64,000 nt of DNA from Schizochytrium sp. TIO01 (taxonomy: Eukaryota; Protista; Bigyra: Labyrinthulomycetes), in NCBI GenBank assembly GCA_004764695.1, contig SMSO01000014.1:7188470-7252469 (forward strand). Direction: 5' to 3'. A program made the position numbers and the translations under genes. The stretch's first letter is position 1, and the number at the start of each line of letters is the position of its first letter. This document shows positions 61,670 to 64,000 of the stretch, in pieces. The notes beneath the pieces are model-generated. The model did no database searches. It was not told where the DNA came from and worked only from the letters and a program-made list of their open reading frames with translations.

Positions 61670-64000
61670 TTATTCCAATCTGAAGTTTGCGCCAACAATA
61701 TCTGGTGTTAGCAAAGGCGACAATAACTCTTTCAGAACGAGTCGAAGATTTCTATCCTGAATTTGTGCATTCCAGTACTCACGCAGACGTTCAGCGCGGA
61801 GCAACTGCCACGCCTCACGAACCTGCTCAAAAGAATCAGCAAAAAATGGATCTTCCCCAAGTCTTCTTGAACAGGTTCTCACATGATCATGACAAGCATC
61901 TTCATCATGAGAACTGTAGCCAAGACACCAAGCGCAGAAGTGATGACCACAAGTCTCATTACCACACTCTACAGCACAGCAACCGTCAAAATCGTGTACA
62001 TATGCCTTACAGTTCGGACAACATGTGCTCAAGATCTTCTCTTGAATATGAAGTAAATGAAGCTGTGCGTCGCGATTCTGTTCATCTGCACGTAAAACTT
62101 GTGCTATACGCCTTTGGATCTCCTTCTCCGCCCAAACTGCTGCTTCATTTTCTGCCTTCATCTTCGCAATCAACAATAGGTGATTCAAAGCAGTTGGTGC
62201 AAGACGGGTGATTTCTTGACCTGATATCCTTCCACTACATTCAGGTTTCATGCACGCCATCGTTCCATCAGCATCTACTCTTACGTTAGCAAGTGGCCGT
62301 GCCGCCGCTTCTACTGAAGATTCGATACAGTCTCTGCAAAGGAAGTCTCCCTCCTCGCAGCTCGTGCCCTCGGAAAGCAGATGCTCCTCCATGCATACTA
62401 GACATATCTTGACAGGGATCTTAGGAGCTCCAAAAGCTTCATGTTGGAGGGCTTGGTGAGCGGTTGGACGCTGACCAGGGTCTGTTGCTGTAAGAGCATC
62501 GATAAGTGTCTGCATTGCAGCGGTTCGCTCAGTAGGATACAGCTCCTTTAAGCTGATGCCCACAGAGTACATGTCCATCGCTGTTTCAAACCTATCTACA
62601 GGCCCATTCTGCAACTCGGGGGCAACGTACCGTGGCGTTGCCTGAAGTGATGTGTAAGTTGCAGTGTAGTCTGCATTCTTGATGCCGTCAAAGTCGCCGA
62701 TCAATGGTGTCCCGTTGCTTGTGAGGAAAATGTTTTCTGGTTTGATGTCACAATGCACAATGCCATGGGTATGTAAATCCGCCACGCCGATGAGCAGGCC
62801 CATAGCAAGTCGGTCGCGTGCTGCTTTGCCTTCGTTAGGATGACTATCAATCCACTTGGCAAGGTCACCTTGCTCGTAGAAAGGCATTACAATACAGCCA
62901 CGCTGTACTCCATGTGCCAGATCAACAAAAGCACCAGTGATACGTATCACGTGCTGAGACACCACTTTGCCCAGATTGGCAACTTGTCTGTAGAAGGTTT
63001 TGGATTGACTTGGATGCCCAAGCTGAAACTCTTTGAGAACCATAGTTTTACCAAAGTTGTCAAATACCTTTTGTACTCTCTTGCCATTTCTGGAAGCAAG
63101 GGGCTCGTCGACAGGCTTGAAGTCCGAAACTGTGACATTCGTCAACCAAAGGTCAGAACATGCTACTTCAAGAACACCCTCTGCACTTACGTGAAGCCTT
63201 TCCAGCCAGGCTCTATCTTGCAGCAACTCTGGATAATGTTCCTGCGCGTATTGCAGAGTCTCAGCAAGCTTATGACGAAAGCTTTGCTTAAGGTCGATAG
63301 GGTTGCCTTGAGAGAGAATGAGCTCTTGTTTCTTGATACGATTTCTAAAATATGCTTGATCTTCCTCATCCATGTCCTGTAATTCGAGTTCTTCTTTGGC
63401 TCTCTTCAAAATTTCTGTGGCTATCCTCGACTTGTCAAGTTTCTGGTATAATGCTTCCACATCTGAGACAAGAAGGTTCTTTCAAACCCAGTACTGCATA
63501 GTCATACAGATTAGAGAGCTCTGTTGGTGTGCACTTGCTTGCATCATTCAACACTGTGCTTTCAGAGTATCCTTCAAATCGAGCAAATGTTGAACTTATC
63601 ACGCAAAGTATTTTGGACAATTGGGCACGAAATGGATCTCCTTGTAGAGCTTCGATCTCTTCCTTAAGAGCACTATCGAGTTCAGACAACTCGGTTCTAG
63701 CTTCATGGCCTGCTCAGGTGTTCTCAGAGCAACCCATAATCCATCACCAAGTTCGAGCTCAGACAATCGAGAGATGACGCGTTTTACAGCTTGTTGGCTT
63801 CGTTCACCAATGTTGTTGAGTTGGCCTTCTCCACTCCTCTTGTACCCTTCCACGCATTGGATAGCCTGACAACGAGTTCTTGACAGTGTTTGAAGTCATC
63901 TGTGCTGGTCTCTTCATCGACTGGTGCAAGGTTGATCTTTAGATCTTGTACCAAACTTTCAACTCTCACTTTGAATTCTCGCACTGCACTCTCATCACTT
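61670..64000 (-). pseudogene. Third family-A gene: kinase-RBR terminal exon with three 1-nt frameshifts (pseudogene or assembly error); 5' part beyond the window
   Basis: Paralogue of 28400-30730 split over ORFs 61670-63460, 63435-63689, 63599-63853, 63784-63984; indels near 63471 (+1), 63692 (-1), 63869 (-1). Confidence 0.8.

Overview
Eukaryotic nuclear DNA. The 18S sequence looks like a thraustochytrid stramenopile (Aurantiochytrium/Schizochytrium-like; recognised from memory, not searched). The window holds about two copies of a ~31-33 kb tandem unit: [LRR-kinase-RBR gene, minus] - [5S, minus] - [LRR gene, plus] - 18S-5.8S-28S - tRNA-Ser(GCT, intron) - tRNA-His relic - tRNA-Arg(ACG) - [5S, minus]. 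Main result: the ~385-bp and ~410-460-bp tandem repeats flanking the rDNA read as exon-intron arrays, not non-coding spacer. Each repeat is one GT-AG intron plus one 84-nt phase-2 exon encoding one 28-aa ribonuclease-inhibitor-type LRR. Variation is concentrated in the solvent-exposed beta-strand codons around each splice junction, while introns and the helix core are homogenised. One array splices in frame onto a non-RD kinase plus RING1/Rcat (RBR-like E3) exon. The divergently transcribed partner ends in a possible SOCS/F-box-like tail. Together they look like a head-to-head pair of shufflable, hypervariable, ubiquitin-linked LRR receptors carried inside the rDNA repeat. Gene models were spliced by hand; the immune function is inference.
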